DNA from: Pseudoalteromonas tetraodonis
GTDB lineage: Bacteria; Pseudomonadota; Gammaproteobacteria; Enterobacterales; Alteromonadaceae
Assembly (NCBI RefSeq): GCF_002310835.1
Contig: NZ_CP011041.1
Coordinates: 1,710,001-1,742,000 of the forward strand
Reading direction: 5' to 3'
Length of the DNA stretch: 32,000 nucleotides
Below are positions 19,940 to 29,424 of this stretch, piece by piece (position 1 is the stretch's first letter; every line of letters starts with the position of its first letter). A program made the position numbers and the translations under genes. The notes beneath the pieces were generated by a model. It made no database searches. It saw only the letters and a program-made list of their open reading frames with translations, and was not told the DNA's origin.

Positions 19940-20533
19940 ATGCTTAATTTACCCCTTCAGCCGCGTTATGTTTTACCCCCCTTGTGTTTAATTGTATTAA
20001 GTACGCTCTTAGCATGGCTTGGTATGAACAATGAGCTTGAGTTTAATCGCCCATTAATTGAACAAGGCCAACTGTGGCGTTTATTTACCAGCCAATTTGT
20101 GCATGCTAACTGGGCACATTTAGGTTTAAATTGTGCCGGTATAGCACTTATTTGGTTGCTTCATGGCGAATACACAACGCCTAAGCATTACAGCTTTAAT
20201 ATTGCACTCCTTGCGCTTTGGTGTGGCTTGGGTGTTTATTGGTTTTGTCCAACAATCATTATTTATACAGGGCTGAGTGCGCTATTGCATGGCGTGATCG
20301 TGTGGGGGGCCATAAAAGATGTCACCGTTGGGCTAAAATCAGGCTATATCTTGTTTATTGGCGTATGGATAAAGCTTATTCTTGAGCAAGTTAATGGTCC
20401 AAGCGCAGAAATTGGTCAACTTATTCAATCAACGGTGGCCGTTGATGCGCATTTAATTGGCGCAATTGGTGGGGTTTTATTAGCTGTGCCGCTGGTTGTA
20501 AAACACATCAAAAACGATAATAAACACAGCTAA
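19940..20533 (+). CDS. rrtA: Rhombosortase-like rhomboid intramembrane serine protease
   Basis: 197 aa and about 6 TM helices with no extra domains. WRLFTSQFVHANWAHLGLN, catalytic-Ser helix GLSALLHG and His helix AHLIGAIGG. Size and motifs fit rhombosortase better than GlpG. Confidence 0.6.
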   Translation: MLNLPLQPRYVLPPLCLIVLSTLLAWLGMNNELEFNRPLIEQGQLWRLFTSQFVHANWAHLGLNCAGIALIWLLHGEYTTPKHYSFNIALLALWCGLGVYWFCPTIIIYTGLSALLHGVIVWGAIKDVTVGLKSGYILFIGVWIKLILEQVNGPSAEIGQLIQSTVAVDAHLIGAIGGVLLAVPLVVKHIKNDNKHS

Positions 20534-20565
20534 AAAAACGCCACATAAGTGGCGTTTTTATTTTT
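20532..20565. terminator. Bidirectional rho-independent terminator between rrtA and the S9 peptidase gene
   Basis: AAAAAAACGCCAC-ATAA-GTGGCGTTTTTATTTTT. Confidence 0.85.
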
Positions 20566-20571
20566 AGTCGA

Positions 20572-23073
20572 TTAAAGCGTTTCTTTAAACAGTTTATAAA
20601 TTCGACGGTATTCATCTAACCAGCTCGAAGGCTGAACAAAACCATGCGGTTCTACTGGGAAGATTGCTGTTTCAAAGTTTTCTTTTTCAAGTTCTATTAA
20701 ACGCTGTACTAAACGTACTGAATCTTGAAAGAACACATTATCATCAACCATAGGCGCATTTATTAATAAATGCTTTTTAAGCCCTTCTGCATAATAAATA
20801 GGTGAACTACGCTCATAGGCAATCGGGTCAACATCAGGGTGATTCAAAATGTTAGCCGTATAACCTGTGTTGTAATGAGCCCAATCAGTCACTGGACGAA
20901 GCGCTGCACCTGATTGAAACAAGTCTGGCGCGGTAAATAACGCCATGAAGGTCATAAACCCACCATAAGAGCCACCGTAAGTCCCTACCGCTTGGGTATT
21001 AACATTGGCATTATCCGCCATCCATTTTACGCCATCGGCTAGATCTTGTGTTTCAGGTGTTCCCATTTGGCGATAAATAGCCGTTCGCCAATCACGACCA
21101 TAGCCTTTAGATGCGCGGTAATCCATATCCATTACTACATAACCTTCATCTGCTAGTAATGAATGGAACATAAATTCACGGAAGTAGCCAGACCACCCCA
21201 TGTGTGAATTTTGCAAGTACCCTGCACCGTGGTTAAAAATAACCGCTTTGCGGGTTTTGCCTGTTTCACCCTCTTGATAATCAGCGGGGTAATAGACTTT
21301 GGCGTATATGGGCTGATCTGTATGACTTGATGGCACAGCAACAATTTTAGGCGCTGTGAGTTTTTTAGCTAAAAACGCATCAGATACCGTATTGGTTAAA
21401 CGAGTCGCAGTTGTGTTTGCTTTAGCCTCTGCCACATAAAGTTCAGTCGGCATAGTGATTTTAGAATGTCTAAGTAATAACTTAGATTGATCAGGGCTTA
21501 AGGTGTAATCCGTCATACCGTTTAAGTCGGTTACTTGCTCACTAACACCTGTTTGTGGATTAACGCGGTATATCTCGTAAAGACCCGGATGCTCAATATT
21601 CGCTTTATAGTAAATAGCACTATTGTCATCAGTAAGGGTTAAGTCAGACACTTCAAACTGACCTTGTGTTAAAGCTATAGCTTTGCCATTTAAAGGTTTT
21701 TTATAAAGCTGACTGTACCCCGACTCTTCCGATAAATAATACAGCGTGGTTGAATCATTTAACCAACCAAAGTCGTTAAACGCATACGCAATCCACGCAT
21801 CGTCATGTAAACGGTGTTGAGATACGAGTTTATTATTTTCAAAATCAACGGTGGCCAACCAACGATCTTTGTTATCCCACGCTTCAAGCATAATCGCCAC
21901 TTGGCTGCCATCATCGTTCCAGCTGATAGGCGATTGATCCCATCCCCAGTCTGAAATTACATTAATGCCACGCGGTTGTTTCTTAGACTTATACGTTTTG
22001 CCTTCGCGGGCATAGTTTTCTTTTTTAACCTCAGCGAGTACATCTTCATCAAAACCAGGCAAGGTATTAAACCCTAAAGTAGTTTGGCTTTGATCTGCAA
22101 GGTTAATATAAACAATTTCAGAAGTTTGCTCTTTAGCGTCAGCCACACGACGGCGAACTTTTTTAGGCTCTATAGTCGCATCATCAGTGATGTAGTTAGG
22201 CATAATGTCGCCTTCACCACGCCATGAACTTTTTTCTTGAACAACCACAATTAACGCGTCGCCATTTGGAGAAAGCTGGGCCTCATCAACCGTGTTGCCA
22301 TCGCCTAAATAGTAATGCGTGTTGGCAATTGAGCTATTTTGGGTTTTAACTTGCTCATTTCGCGCATACTTGTCTTGTTTGTTTTTATACTGCAGTGCAA
22401 TGTAATCAATCAGCTTATGTTGTTCTTTGGCAATATAAGTTGTTGGCTCTTTTACGCCTTGTGGTTTGTCAGCCAGTTTTAAATTAGCAATTTCACGGGT
22501 TAAACCTGTGGTTAAATCTACTTTAAAAAAGATATTACCTTGGCGATACGCTAAGTTACCATCGTTTAAAAATTGTGGTTTTGACTCGGTGGCTGAGCTT
22601 TGCGTAATTTGCTTAATTACGCCTGACTGTACGTTTTTAATAAATATGTTGCCTTCAAACACATAAGCTTGAAGTGATTTATCGTTAGAAAAAACAGCTT
22701 TACTTGAGCCTACGCTGTGAAGCTGATTTAAAGCCACTTGCTCTGCTGTTTGAGCGTTTACAGCTTGAGTGAATAAATCTCTTAGCTCACTACCCTGTTG
22801 TTTACGCGCGTAAATAACGGTACTTGAGTCAGCACTCCAAAATGCACTTTGCGGTTGGCGTCCAATCCAATCAGGGTGAGCCATCGCTTGTTCAAGCGTA
22901 ATTTTTGAGACACCCATGTCTGCAGGTGTGTTAACAACACTTGCAACCTTGGTATTTGTTTGAATAGCTGAGTCATTAGAAGTTGTGGCGGTTGCTGTAC
23001 AGCCCGCTAACATAACACTTGACGCAACAGCCATTGCAACAAGTGTTTTAGAAGATGAAAATTTAAAAATCAT
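20572..23073 (-). CDS. S9 family serine peptidase lipoprotein (DPP-IV / prolyl oligopeptidase-like)
   Basis: Lipobox MLAGC at the N-terminus, then a long beta-propeller-like region. The C-terminal alpha/beta hydrolase has nucleophile elbow GGSYGGFMT and distal D...H residues. Confidence 0.85.
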   Translation of the reverse strand: MIFKFSSSKTLVAMAVASSVMLAGCTATATTSNDSAIQTNTKVASVVNTPADMGVSKITLEQAMAHPDWIGRQPQSAFWSADSSTVIYARKQQGSELRDLFTQAVNAQTAEQVALNQLHSVGSSKAVFSNDKSLQAYVFEGNIFIKNVQSGVIKQITQSSATESKPQFLNDGNLAYRQGNIFFKVDLTTGLTREIANLKLADKPQGVKEPTTYIAKEQHKLIDYIALQYKNKQDKYARNEQVKTQNSSIANTHYYLGDGNTVDEAQLSPNGDALIVVVQEKSSWRGEGDIMPNYITDDATIEPKKVRRRVADAKEQTSEIVYINLADQSQTTLGFNTLPGFDEDVLAEVKKENYAREGKTYKSKKQPRGINVISDWGWDQSPISWNDDGSQVAIMLEAWDNKDRWLATVDFENNKLVSQHRLHDDAWIAYAFNDFGWLNDSTTLYYLSEESGYSQLYKKPLNGKAIALTQGQFEVSDLTLTDDNSAIYYKANIEHPGLYEIYRVNPQTGVSEQVTDLNGMTDYTLSPDQSKLLLRHSKITMPTELYVAEAKANTTATRLTNTVSDAFLAKKLTAPKIVAVPSSHTDQPIYAKVYYPADYQEGETGKTRKAVIFNHGAGYLQNSHMGWSGYFREFMFHSLLADEGYVVMDMDYRASKGYGRDWRTAIYRQMGTPETQDLADGVKWMADNANVNTQAVGTYGGSYGGFMTFMALFTAPDLFQSGAALRPVTDWAHYNTGYTANILNHPDVDPIAYERSSPIYYAEGLKKHLLINAPMVDDNVFFQDSVRLVQRLIELEKENFETAIFPVEPHGFVQPSSWLDEYRRIYKLFKETL

Positions 23074-23074
23074 A

Positions 23075-23121
23075 GTGCTTCTTGACGGTTATTATAATTA
23101 ACCGTATTTAAGCAGAAGCAC
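23075..23121 (-). promoter_or_regulatory. Composite hairpin abutting the S9 peptidase start codon
   Basis: GTGCTTCT / AGAAGCAC outer stem and ACGGTTA / TAACCGT inner stem. On the mRNA strand the 3-prime arm AGAAGCAC ends 1 nt before the ATG and covers the only purine-rich SD-like stretch. Confidence 0.4.
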
Positions 23122-23178
23122 CTTTATAATTGCAATTATTTAAGATAAACAACGCTGATATCGGGGTGAGTAACCCGT

Positions 23179-24348
23179 TTATTCAACCGTTAAATCAAGC
23201 CATACCATACGGTGGTCACTTGATGCGTTTCTATCTTTGATTAAACGGTACAATTCGCTTTGTTTTTTCGGCCAAAATACGCCACCATCTTTAATGGTTA
23301 GTCCATAATTTGAAGGCAGAACGTAATCAACGCGTGCCTGCCAGTTAGCAGTGTAATTTTTAGCATAAGCTTGTGGGTATTGCTCTTTAGCGCCCTCACT
23401 GGTTGGAATAAAACCGGCATTAATCATCGGGCTTTTAAGTAACTGATCTGTTGTATTTGTGCGCTTTTTATCGCCCTCAGGGGCGGCATTTAGGTCACCT
23501 AAAATCACAAAGCGTGATTTTGCTGCAAGGCCGCCCTTTTTACCGTTATCGTCATACAGGTAACTTTCGTTATTAACGTAATCAGCAATTAATCTAATTT
23601 CATCATGATTACGAATGCCGTTTCTGTCTTCATCACCATCAAACACAGGCGGCGTAGGATGCGAGGCTAACATGTGAACTACTTTATCATTTACTTTTAC
23701 CGGTATATCCCAAAACGATTTAGAGCTTAAACGTAAAGCATTCCATTCTTCTTCGTTATACCAATTTGTATTGGTTTTTGGATCTACCGGCATTTTCACA
23801 TTCGGTAAATCTTTGTGCTTAAACGTTTGCAGGGTTCTGATGTTGTCAAAATCAATGGGGTAACGAGACAAAAACGCCATTGCGTAGTGGCCTTCAAAAA
23901 ATCCAAAACCTTGCGCATCGCCCATCACACCATTTTTTTTGCCATCGTTGTCTAAATCAAACTCTGTGGCTAAGCCTGTGTTAACTGGTGCAATGTAAAC
24001 ATAAGGATAATCGATAGCAGCTTGATCATTTTGCCCTACATTTAAGTAATGGGTTTTAAAGTATTCTATCCCTTGTGATTTAGGGACGTAGTCAAATTCA
24101 TTTAAAAGCACCACATCTGGACGAACGCGTTGAATTATTTCAGCAATATTTTTAATTTGCTGGTGGTCAGAGCGCAGCGCGTTAACTAAGGCATCGCTTT
24201 TTACTTTTTCATTTTTAGCGGTGTAATTGGTTGCATCCATACTGACATTAAACGTTGCGACCCGTAATGACTCTGCGTGAACATAGCTTGCTGAAACCAG
24301 TGACAATAAAAAGCCACCAATAATTTTAATACCGAGATCATGTCTCAT
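23179..24348 (-). CDS. Secreted endonuclease/exonuclease/phosphatase (EEP) family hydrolase
   Basis: Signal peptide ...SYVHA-ES. EEP catalytic motifs VATFNV, LLNEFD, ILGDLNA and SDHRMVWLDL. Confidence 0.8.
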   Translation of the reverse strand: MRHDLGIKIIGGFLLSLVSASYVHAESLRVATFNVSMDATNYTAKNEKVKSDALVNALRSDHQQIKNIAEIIQRVRPDVVLLNEFDYVPKSQGIEYFKTHYLNVGQNDQAAIDYPYVYIAPVNTGLATEFDLDNDGKKNGVMGDAQGFGFFEGHYAMAFLSRYPIDFDNIRTLQTFKHKDLPNVKMPVDPKTNTNWYNEEEWNALRLSSKSFWDIPVKVNDKVVHMLASHPTPPVFDGDEDRNGIRNHDEIRLIADYVNNESYLYDDNGKKGGLAAKSRFVILGDLNAAPEGDKKRTNTTDQLLKSPMINAGFIPTSEGAKEQYPQAYAKNYTANWQARVDYVLPSNYGLTIKDGGVFWPKKQSELYRLIKDRNASSDHRMVWLDLTVE

Positions 24349-25277
24349 TATATGAATCCATCTATAATTGATAATAAAATAACACTGCTAACCACGATCC
24401 AAAGAATCACAGCCATTAAAAACGGTTTAATTCCTGCTTGCTTTAGTACCGATAACGACAAACCACTGCCAATTAAAAACAGTGTCATCACTAGTATTTG
24501 CTTCGCTGCAATGTTTATCAACTCCCAATAAGATGAAAGCGACGGCACATAGCTATTAATTAATGCGGCTAATAAAAAGCCTACAATAAATAATGGAATA
24601 CTCGCCTTTTCATCTGAGCGCATAAACACACCCGCAAGCGTAGTGTATGGAATAATCCACATAGCACGAGTAAGCTTCACTGTTGTTGCTATGCTCAGTG
24701 CCACTGCACCATAAGTAGCCGATGCACCTACCACGCTGCTGGTATCATGAATTGCAAGTGCAGCCCATAATCCAAACTGCTCTTGGGTTAGTTCAAAATA
24801 ATGCCCAATTGCAGGGAATAATAATAACCCTACACCATTGAGTAAAAATACGATACCCAGCGCCACAGCCACTTCATGATCTTTGGCTTTTATAACCGGT
24901 GCCATGGCCGCAATAGCGCTACCACCACAAATAGCGGTTCCAAAGGAAATTAACACGCCTGTGTTACGATTAAGTTTAAACACTTGAGTTAAAATTTCGC
25001 CAAGCCCAATTATGGCAGTAATACTGACAATTGTTAACACTAAAGAGGTGCGACCAACCTCAATTACCTGATTAAAATCAACAGCAAACCCCAACCCCAC
25101 AACCGCCAACTTTAGCATCCATTTACTGGCCTTTTGTGATAACTCAGCAAACGGGTTACCCAAGGTAATCGCAAATAACGCCCCCATAACCAAGGCACTA
25201 CCAGCGCCGATAAATGGAGTGATGCACAAAGCCAGTAATATTATAAATACAGGTTTATGTAATTTAGCGATAATCAT
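24348..25277 (-). CDS. YeiH/UPF0324 family putative sulfate-exporter-type membrane protein
   Basis: 309 aa with about 10 TM helices. Glycine-rich helices of the YeiH family (GTAICGGSAIAA). Its stop overlaps the EEP start (TAATG). Confidence 0.7.
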   Translation of the reverse strand: MIIAKLHKPVFIILLALCITPFIGAGSALVMGALFAITLGNPFAELSQKASKWMLKLAVVGLGFAVDFNQVIEVGRTSLVLTIVSITAIIGLGEILTQVFKLNRNTGVLISFGTAICGGSAIAAMAPVIKAKDHEVAVALGIVFLLNGVGLLLFPAIGHYFELTQEQFGLWAALAIHDTSSVVGASATYGAVALSIATTVKLTRAMWIIPYTTLAGVFMRSDEKASIPLFIVGFLLAALINSYVPSLSSYWELINIAAKQILVMTLFLIGSGLSLSVLKQAGIKPFLMAVILWIVVSSVILLSIIDGFI

Positions 25278-25281
25278 AACG

Positions 25282-25506
25282 TTAAGCGCGAATGAGTTTA
25301 TTAGTCAGTTTATGGACAACGGGGGCAACAAATATAACCGTTGGAAAGGCAATACAAAAGGCAAATAACCACGCTTTAAGCCAGATAGATACGATGTTAT
25401 CGACCATACCAACATTAAATAGAGAAATAACTAACGACATAAAACCTGACATGAAAAGTGCCATAAAAAAGGCAAACACAATAGTACGAAACTTTGGATG
25501 GATCAT
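25282..25506 (-). CDS. DUF2798 small membrane protein
   Basis: 74 aa. FAFFMALFMSGFMSLVISLFNVG....WLKAW..AF.IAFP....VAPVV.KL follows the DUF2798 pattern. Its stop is 4 nt before the yeiH-like start. Confidence 0.7.
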   Translation of the reverse strand: MIHPKFRTIVFAFFMALFMSGFMSLVISLFNVGMVDNIVSIWLKAWLFAFCIAFPTVIFVAPVVHKLTNKLIRA

Positions 25507-25527
25507 TGAAAAGAACCTTTAGAAGGT

Positions 25528-25572
25528 AAAGCGATATATTGAAGTTAAGTTCAATTTATCGCTTTGTTTTTT
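25528..25572. terminator. Hairpin between purK and the DUF2798 gene
   Basis: AAAGCGATA-TA-TTGAA-GTTAAG-TTCAA-TT-TATCGCTTT followed by GTTTTTT on the plus strand. On the minus (coding) strand the tail is only ACCUUCU. Confidence 0.45.
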
Positions 25573-25575
25573 AAC

Positions 25576-26727
25576 TTATAATAGCGATTTGCTGGTAGCT
25601 AATACACCGGGGTAATCTTGCTCTGGTAAACACATTGCGAGTTCACCAAGGCGTTCACCTAATTGCTGTAAATTATCAGCAGATACATTAATGTGGCCCA
25701 TTTTGCGACCAGGTTTTACACTTTTACCGTACCAATGGCTGGTAACATCTGCTGTTTTTAACACATCAGTAGGGATTTGTGCTTGGCCTAATACATTTAT
25801 CATAGCAGTCGGTTGCTTAAGTTGCGTACTACCTAAAGGTAAGCCGGCAACAGCACGCATATGGTTTTCAAATTGCGAGCAATGAGCACCTTGTTGCGTC
25901 CAATGGCCTGAGTTATGAACTCGCGGCGCAATTTCATTAACCAGTAATGTACCTTGCACATCAAAAAACTCAATGGCGAGTACACCCACATAGTTAAGCT
26001 CATTCGCAATTCGGGTAAATGCCGTGATTGCTTGTTGTTCTAGTTGGCTATTATTGTTTTTACCTGCAACCGAAAGCGTTAACACACCCTCGGTGTGCTC
26101 GTTTTCAGTTAATGGATAAATAGCAACATGGCCGTGTTTATCGCGCGCACCAATAATAGAGACTTCACGTTCAAACGGGATCATTTTTTCTGCAATTATG
26201 GTGTGCGGAGCGTGCTCAGTGCCTGATGCAATAAAATCAGCCATTTCAGCCCAAATCTGTTCAATTTGATCGTCTGATTTTAAACGCCATTGGCCTTTAC
26301 CATCGTAACCCGCTTGGCATGTTTTAATGACTAATGGCTTACCAAGCGTTTGAACCGCGAGTTCAAGATGCGCTTTTTCTGTAATTAATTGATATGGCGC
26401 GCATGCGACCGCGGTTTTATCTAGGAGCGCTTTTTCAAGCGCACGGTCGCCACCGGTTTTAATGGCTTGTTTGCCTGGATAAAACTTATTGCTATTACAA
26501 CACTGTGTAAGTACATCATCTGGAATATGTTCAAACTCGGCCGTAATAGCATCAGCGTTTTCTATCGCTTGTTCGAGCGTTGTTGGGTACACTTCGTTTG
26601 TAAGCGGATGTACAATCTTTTTGCTGCCTACATCATAAGCAACCACATTTAAATTAAGCGGTGCACCAGCTAAGCTCATCATTCGTGCTAGCTGCCCTGC
26701 CCCTAAAATTAAAATATTCATGATCAC
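25576..26727 (-). CDS. purK: N5-carboxyaminoimidazole ribonucleotide synthase
   Basis: ATP-grasp protein with N-terminal [13 protein letters not shown] and C-terminal [11 protein letters not shown] at 26727 overlaps the purE stop (GTGA). ATG at 26721 is an equally plausible start. Confidence 0.93.
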   Translation of the reverse strand: MIMNILILGAGQLARMMSLAGAPLNLNVVAYDVGSKKIVHPLTNEVYPTTLEQAIENADAITAEFEHIPDDVLTQCCNSNKFYPGKQAIKTGGDRALEKALLDKTAVACAPYQLITEKAHLELAVQTLGKPLVIKTCQAGYDGKGQWRLKSDDQIEQIWAEMADFIASGTEHAPHTIIAEKMIPFEREVSIIGARDKHGHVAIYPLTENEHTEGVLTLSVAGKNNNSQLEQQAITAFTRIANELNYVGVLAIEFFDVQGTLLVNEIAPRVHNSGHWTQQGAHCSQFENHMRAVAGLPLGSTQLKQPTAMINVLGQAQIPTDVLKTADVTSHWYGKSVKPGRKMGHINVSADNLQQLGERLGELAMCLPEQDYPGVLATSKSLL

Positions 26728-27206
26728 TCTGCAGGATTTGGGTTAGCTAAAATAGTCTCAGTTTGTTCTTTACGGAACGCTTCGATTTTTGCGAAGATTT
26801 CTGGATTTTGACATCCTAAAATTTGTGCCGCTAATAAACCTGCGTTTGCAGCACCGGGCTCACCAATAGCAAGAGTACCTACCGCAACACCTTTTGGCAT
26901 TTGGCAAATAGATAACAGAGAGTCTACACCGTTTAGCGCTTTAGATTTAACGGGTACGCCTAAAACTGGCAGAGATGTAAACGCTGCCGCCATTCCCGGT
27001 AAGTGCGCCGCGCCACCTGCGCCTGCAATAATAACTTTAATACCGCGTTCTGCGGCTGAACTTGCGTAATCGGCAAGTAATTGAGGAGTGCGGTGGGCAG
27101 AAACCACTTTAGTTTCATACTCAATGCCAAATTTTTCTAGCATAAGGGCGGCGTGTTCCATGGTTGGCCAATCTGATTTAGAACCCATAATAATGCCAAC
27201 AGTCAT
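26724..27206 (-). CDS. purE: N5-CAIR mutase
   Basis: 160 aa. [14 protein letters not shown] and GGAAHLPGM motifs define class I PurE. Confidence 0.95.
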   Translation of the reverse strand: MTVGIIMGSKSDWPTMEHAALMLEKFGIEYETKVVSAHRTPQLLADYASSAAERGIKVIIAGAGGAAHLPGMAAAFTSLPVLGVPVKSKALNGVDSLLSICQMPKGVAVGTLAIGEPGAANAGLLAAQILGCQNPEIFAKIEAFRKEQTETILANPNPAE

Positions 27207-27308
27207 AAATACTCCTCAGTAATGTATTTTAAAAATAGCGGACTTATGTCCGGTTTTATGGCGGGTATTATATACTTAAATGCTGCACTAATGCGACCAG
27301 CAGGCAAT

Positions 27309-27338
27309 AAAAAAGCCATGTTAAACATGGCTTTTTTT
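27309..27338 (-). terminator. Rho-independent terminator after ybiT
   Basis: AAAAAAGCCATG-TTAAA-CATGGCTTTTTTT, symmetric, 22 nt after the ybiT stop. Confidence 0.8.
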
Positions 27339-27359
27339 AAACAGCGAAACAATCAGCAA

Positions 27360-28961
27360 TTAAGCTTCTTTACTCGCTAAATATTCTGAGTAGTTACCTC
27401 TAAAGTCGATAACTTTACCGTCTTTAATTTCCCAAATACGGGTGGCAACTGATGATACAAACTGACGGTCGTGTGACACAAACATCAAGGTACCTTCATA
27501 CGCTTCAAGTGCTAAGTTAAGCGCTTCAATTGATTCCATATCCATGTGGTTGGTTGGCTCATCCATTAATAAGATATTTGGTTTATGCATCATGATTTTA
27601 CCAAACAGCATACGACCTTGCTCACCACCAGATATTACTTTTACAGATTTTTTGATATCGTTTTGTGAAAACAACATACGACCCAAGAAGCTACGCACTA
27701 CTTGCTCATCGTCGCCCTCTTGTTGCCATTGCTCCATCCACTCAAACAAATTCATGTCTTTTTCAAACTCATCGGCATGATCTTGTGCATAGTAGCCAAT
27801 GTTTGCATTTTCAGACCATTTAAACTCACCGCTTTTAGGCGCTAAACGTCCTGCTAAAGTGTTTAATAATGTTGTTTTACCCACACCATTTTCACCAATA
27901 ATAGCAATGCGTTCACCTACTTCAACTAGGCCTTCTAATCCTGAGAATAAAGTTTCTTCAAAGCCTTGCGATAAGCTAGTCATTTCTAGTGCGTTACGAA
28001 ATAACTGCTTTTCTTGTTCAAAACGAATAAAAGGTGTTTGACGTGACGACGCTTTTACTTCGTCTAATTGAATTTTATCAATTCGTTTTGCACGTGAAGT
28101 GGCTTGCTTTGCCTTTGATGCGTTGGCAGAAAAACGCGATACAAACTGTTGAAGCTCTGCTATTTGGCTTTTCTTTTTGGCGTTTTCACTTAATAAACGT
28201 TCGCGTGCTTGAGTAGCTGCAAACATGTATTCATCGTAGTTACCCGGGTAAATACGTAGTTCACCGTAGTCAATATCGGCCATGTGCGTACATACCGAAT
28301 TTAAAAAGTGACGATCATGCGAGATGATGATCATGGTACAGTCACGTTGATTCAATACATCTTCAAGCCACTTAATTGTATAAATGTCCAAGTTATTGGT
28401 AGGCTCATCGAGCAGCATGATATCAGGGTCTGAAAACAAAACTTGAGCTAGAAGCACACGAAGTTTAAAACCTGGTGCAATTTCTGACATAGGTCCGTAG
28501 TGCTGCTCTGTAGCAATACCCACACCTAATAGTAACTCACCCGCTTTAGATTCAGCCGAGTAACCGTCCATTTCAGCAAATTCAGTTTCAAGATCGGCTA
28601 CTTTCATGCCGTCTTCTTCACTCATTTCAGGTAGGCTATATATACGGTCACGTTCTTGTTTGATATCCCACAATTCTTTATGACCCATAATCACGGTATC
28701 AATAACAGAATATTCTTCGTAGGCGAATTGATCTTGGTTTAGTTTAGCAACGCGCTCATTTGGATCAGTACTTACGTTACCCGAAGATGGTTCTAATTCA
28801 CCACTAAGGATTTTCATAAAGGTCGACTTACCACAACCATTAGCACCAATTAAACCATAACGGTTTGATTCGCCAAATTTAGCTGAGATATTTTCAAATA
28901 ACGGTTTAGCACCAAATTGCATGGTGATGTTTGCTGTACTAATAATAGCGCTACCCTCCAA
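27360..28961 (-). CDS. ybiT: ABC-F family ATPase YbiT
   Basis: Two ABC cassettes (GANGCGKST / LLDEPTN and GENGVGKTT / LMDEPTN), with near-colinear similarity to E. coli YbiT from [16 protein letters not shown] onward. The start codon is uncertain: TTG at 28961, ATT at 28946, or ATG at 28922, which would truncate conserved residues. Confidence 0.9.
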   Translation of the reverse strand: MEGSAIISTANITMQFGAKPLFENISAKFGESNRYGLIGANGCGKSTFMKILSGELEPSSGNVSTDPNERVAKLNQDQFAYEEYSVIDTVIMGHKELWDIKQERDRIYSLPEMSEEDGMKVADLETEFAEMDGYSAESKAGELLLGVGIATEQHYGPMSEIAPGFKLRVLLAQVLFSDPDIMLLDEPTNNLDIYTIKWLEDVLNQRDCTMIIISHDRHFLNSVCTHMADIDYGELRIYPGNYDEYMFAATQARERLLSENAKKKSQIAELQQFVSRFSANASKAKQATSRAKRIDKIQLDEVKASSRQTPFIRFEQEKQLFRNALEMTSLSQGFEETLFSGLEGLVEVGERIAIIGENGVGKTTLLNTLAGRLAPKSGEFKWSENANIGYYAQDHADEFEKDMNLFEWMEQWQQEGDDEQVVRSFLGRMLFSQNDIKKSVKVISGGEQGRMLFGKIMMHKPNILLMDEPTNHMDMESIEALNLALEAYEGTLMFVSHDRQFVSSVATRIWEIKDGKVIDFRGNYSEYLASKEA

Positions 28962-29407
28962 GGGAGACTGAAGTATTTAAATTGCGCGCAGTTTAAACCA
29001 AATCACCGTTTTTTTCTATGAAAGTTTATAGCACCAAACCCAAAGTACTGGGCGAGTAAATGTGCTAAAAAGGTGAGTAAAACTCATTATTGTACTGTTG
29101 ATGCAGTAAAAAAATGTTTCATAAAAAAACAACTAGCATAAAACCCTTTATAAATTATTTAATCGCGTTTACAGGCGACTTGGTCGCATTTTACTTTTAT
29201 TAACAATTAATACGGCTATATTAACGTTTTTTATAGTATTAGAGTTTTAGCTCTACCCATGCCGACAGGCGCAACTATGAAAAAAATTCAACACTCCCTC
29301 TCCTACATTTAAGCCTAATGTCTTATTCCAAAATTAAATGGCTGTTTATACGGCTACAAAATAAAAACAGCATTAACTTAAAATGAACAAGCCTCGTGTT
29401 TTGTGCT

Positions 29408-29424
29408 AATTATCATTGATAATT
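29408..29424. promoter_or_regulatory. 17-bp perfect palindrome upstream of the porin gene (candidate operator, weakly Fur-box-like)
   Basis: AATTATCA-T-TGATAATT, about 94 nt upstream of the porin ATG. By my alignment it matches roughly 10-11 of 19 positions of the Fur consensus GATAATGATAATCATTATC. Confidence 0.3.

Noticed and set aside
25292-25522. Plus-strand 76-aa ORF followed by a plus-oriented terminator-like hairpin, which briefly suggested it rather than the minus-strand DUF2798 ORF is the real gene.
   Set aside because: The minus-strand product has the DUF2798 motif pattern and a 4-nt junction to the yeiH-like gene. The plus-strand product has no features and no SD.
27229-27264. purE leader elements: a TATAAT (minus strand, complement of 27257-27262) and a short CGGAC-ATAA-GTCCG hairpin followed by CUAUUUUU. 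Considered as a promoter plus attenuator or PurR box.
   Set aside because: No acceptable -35 hexamer, only a 5-bp stem, and no match to the PurR operator consensus (ACGCAAACGTTTGCGT type).
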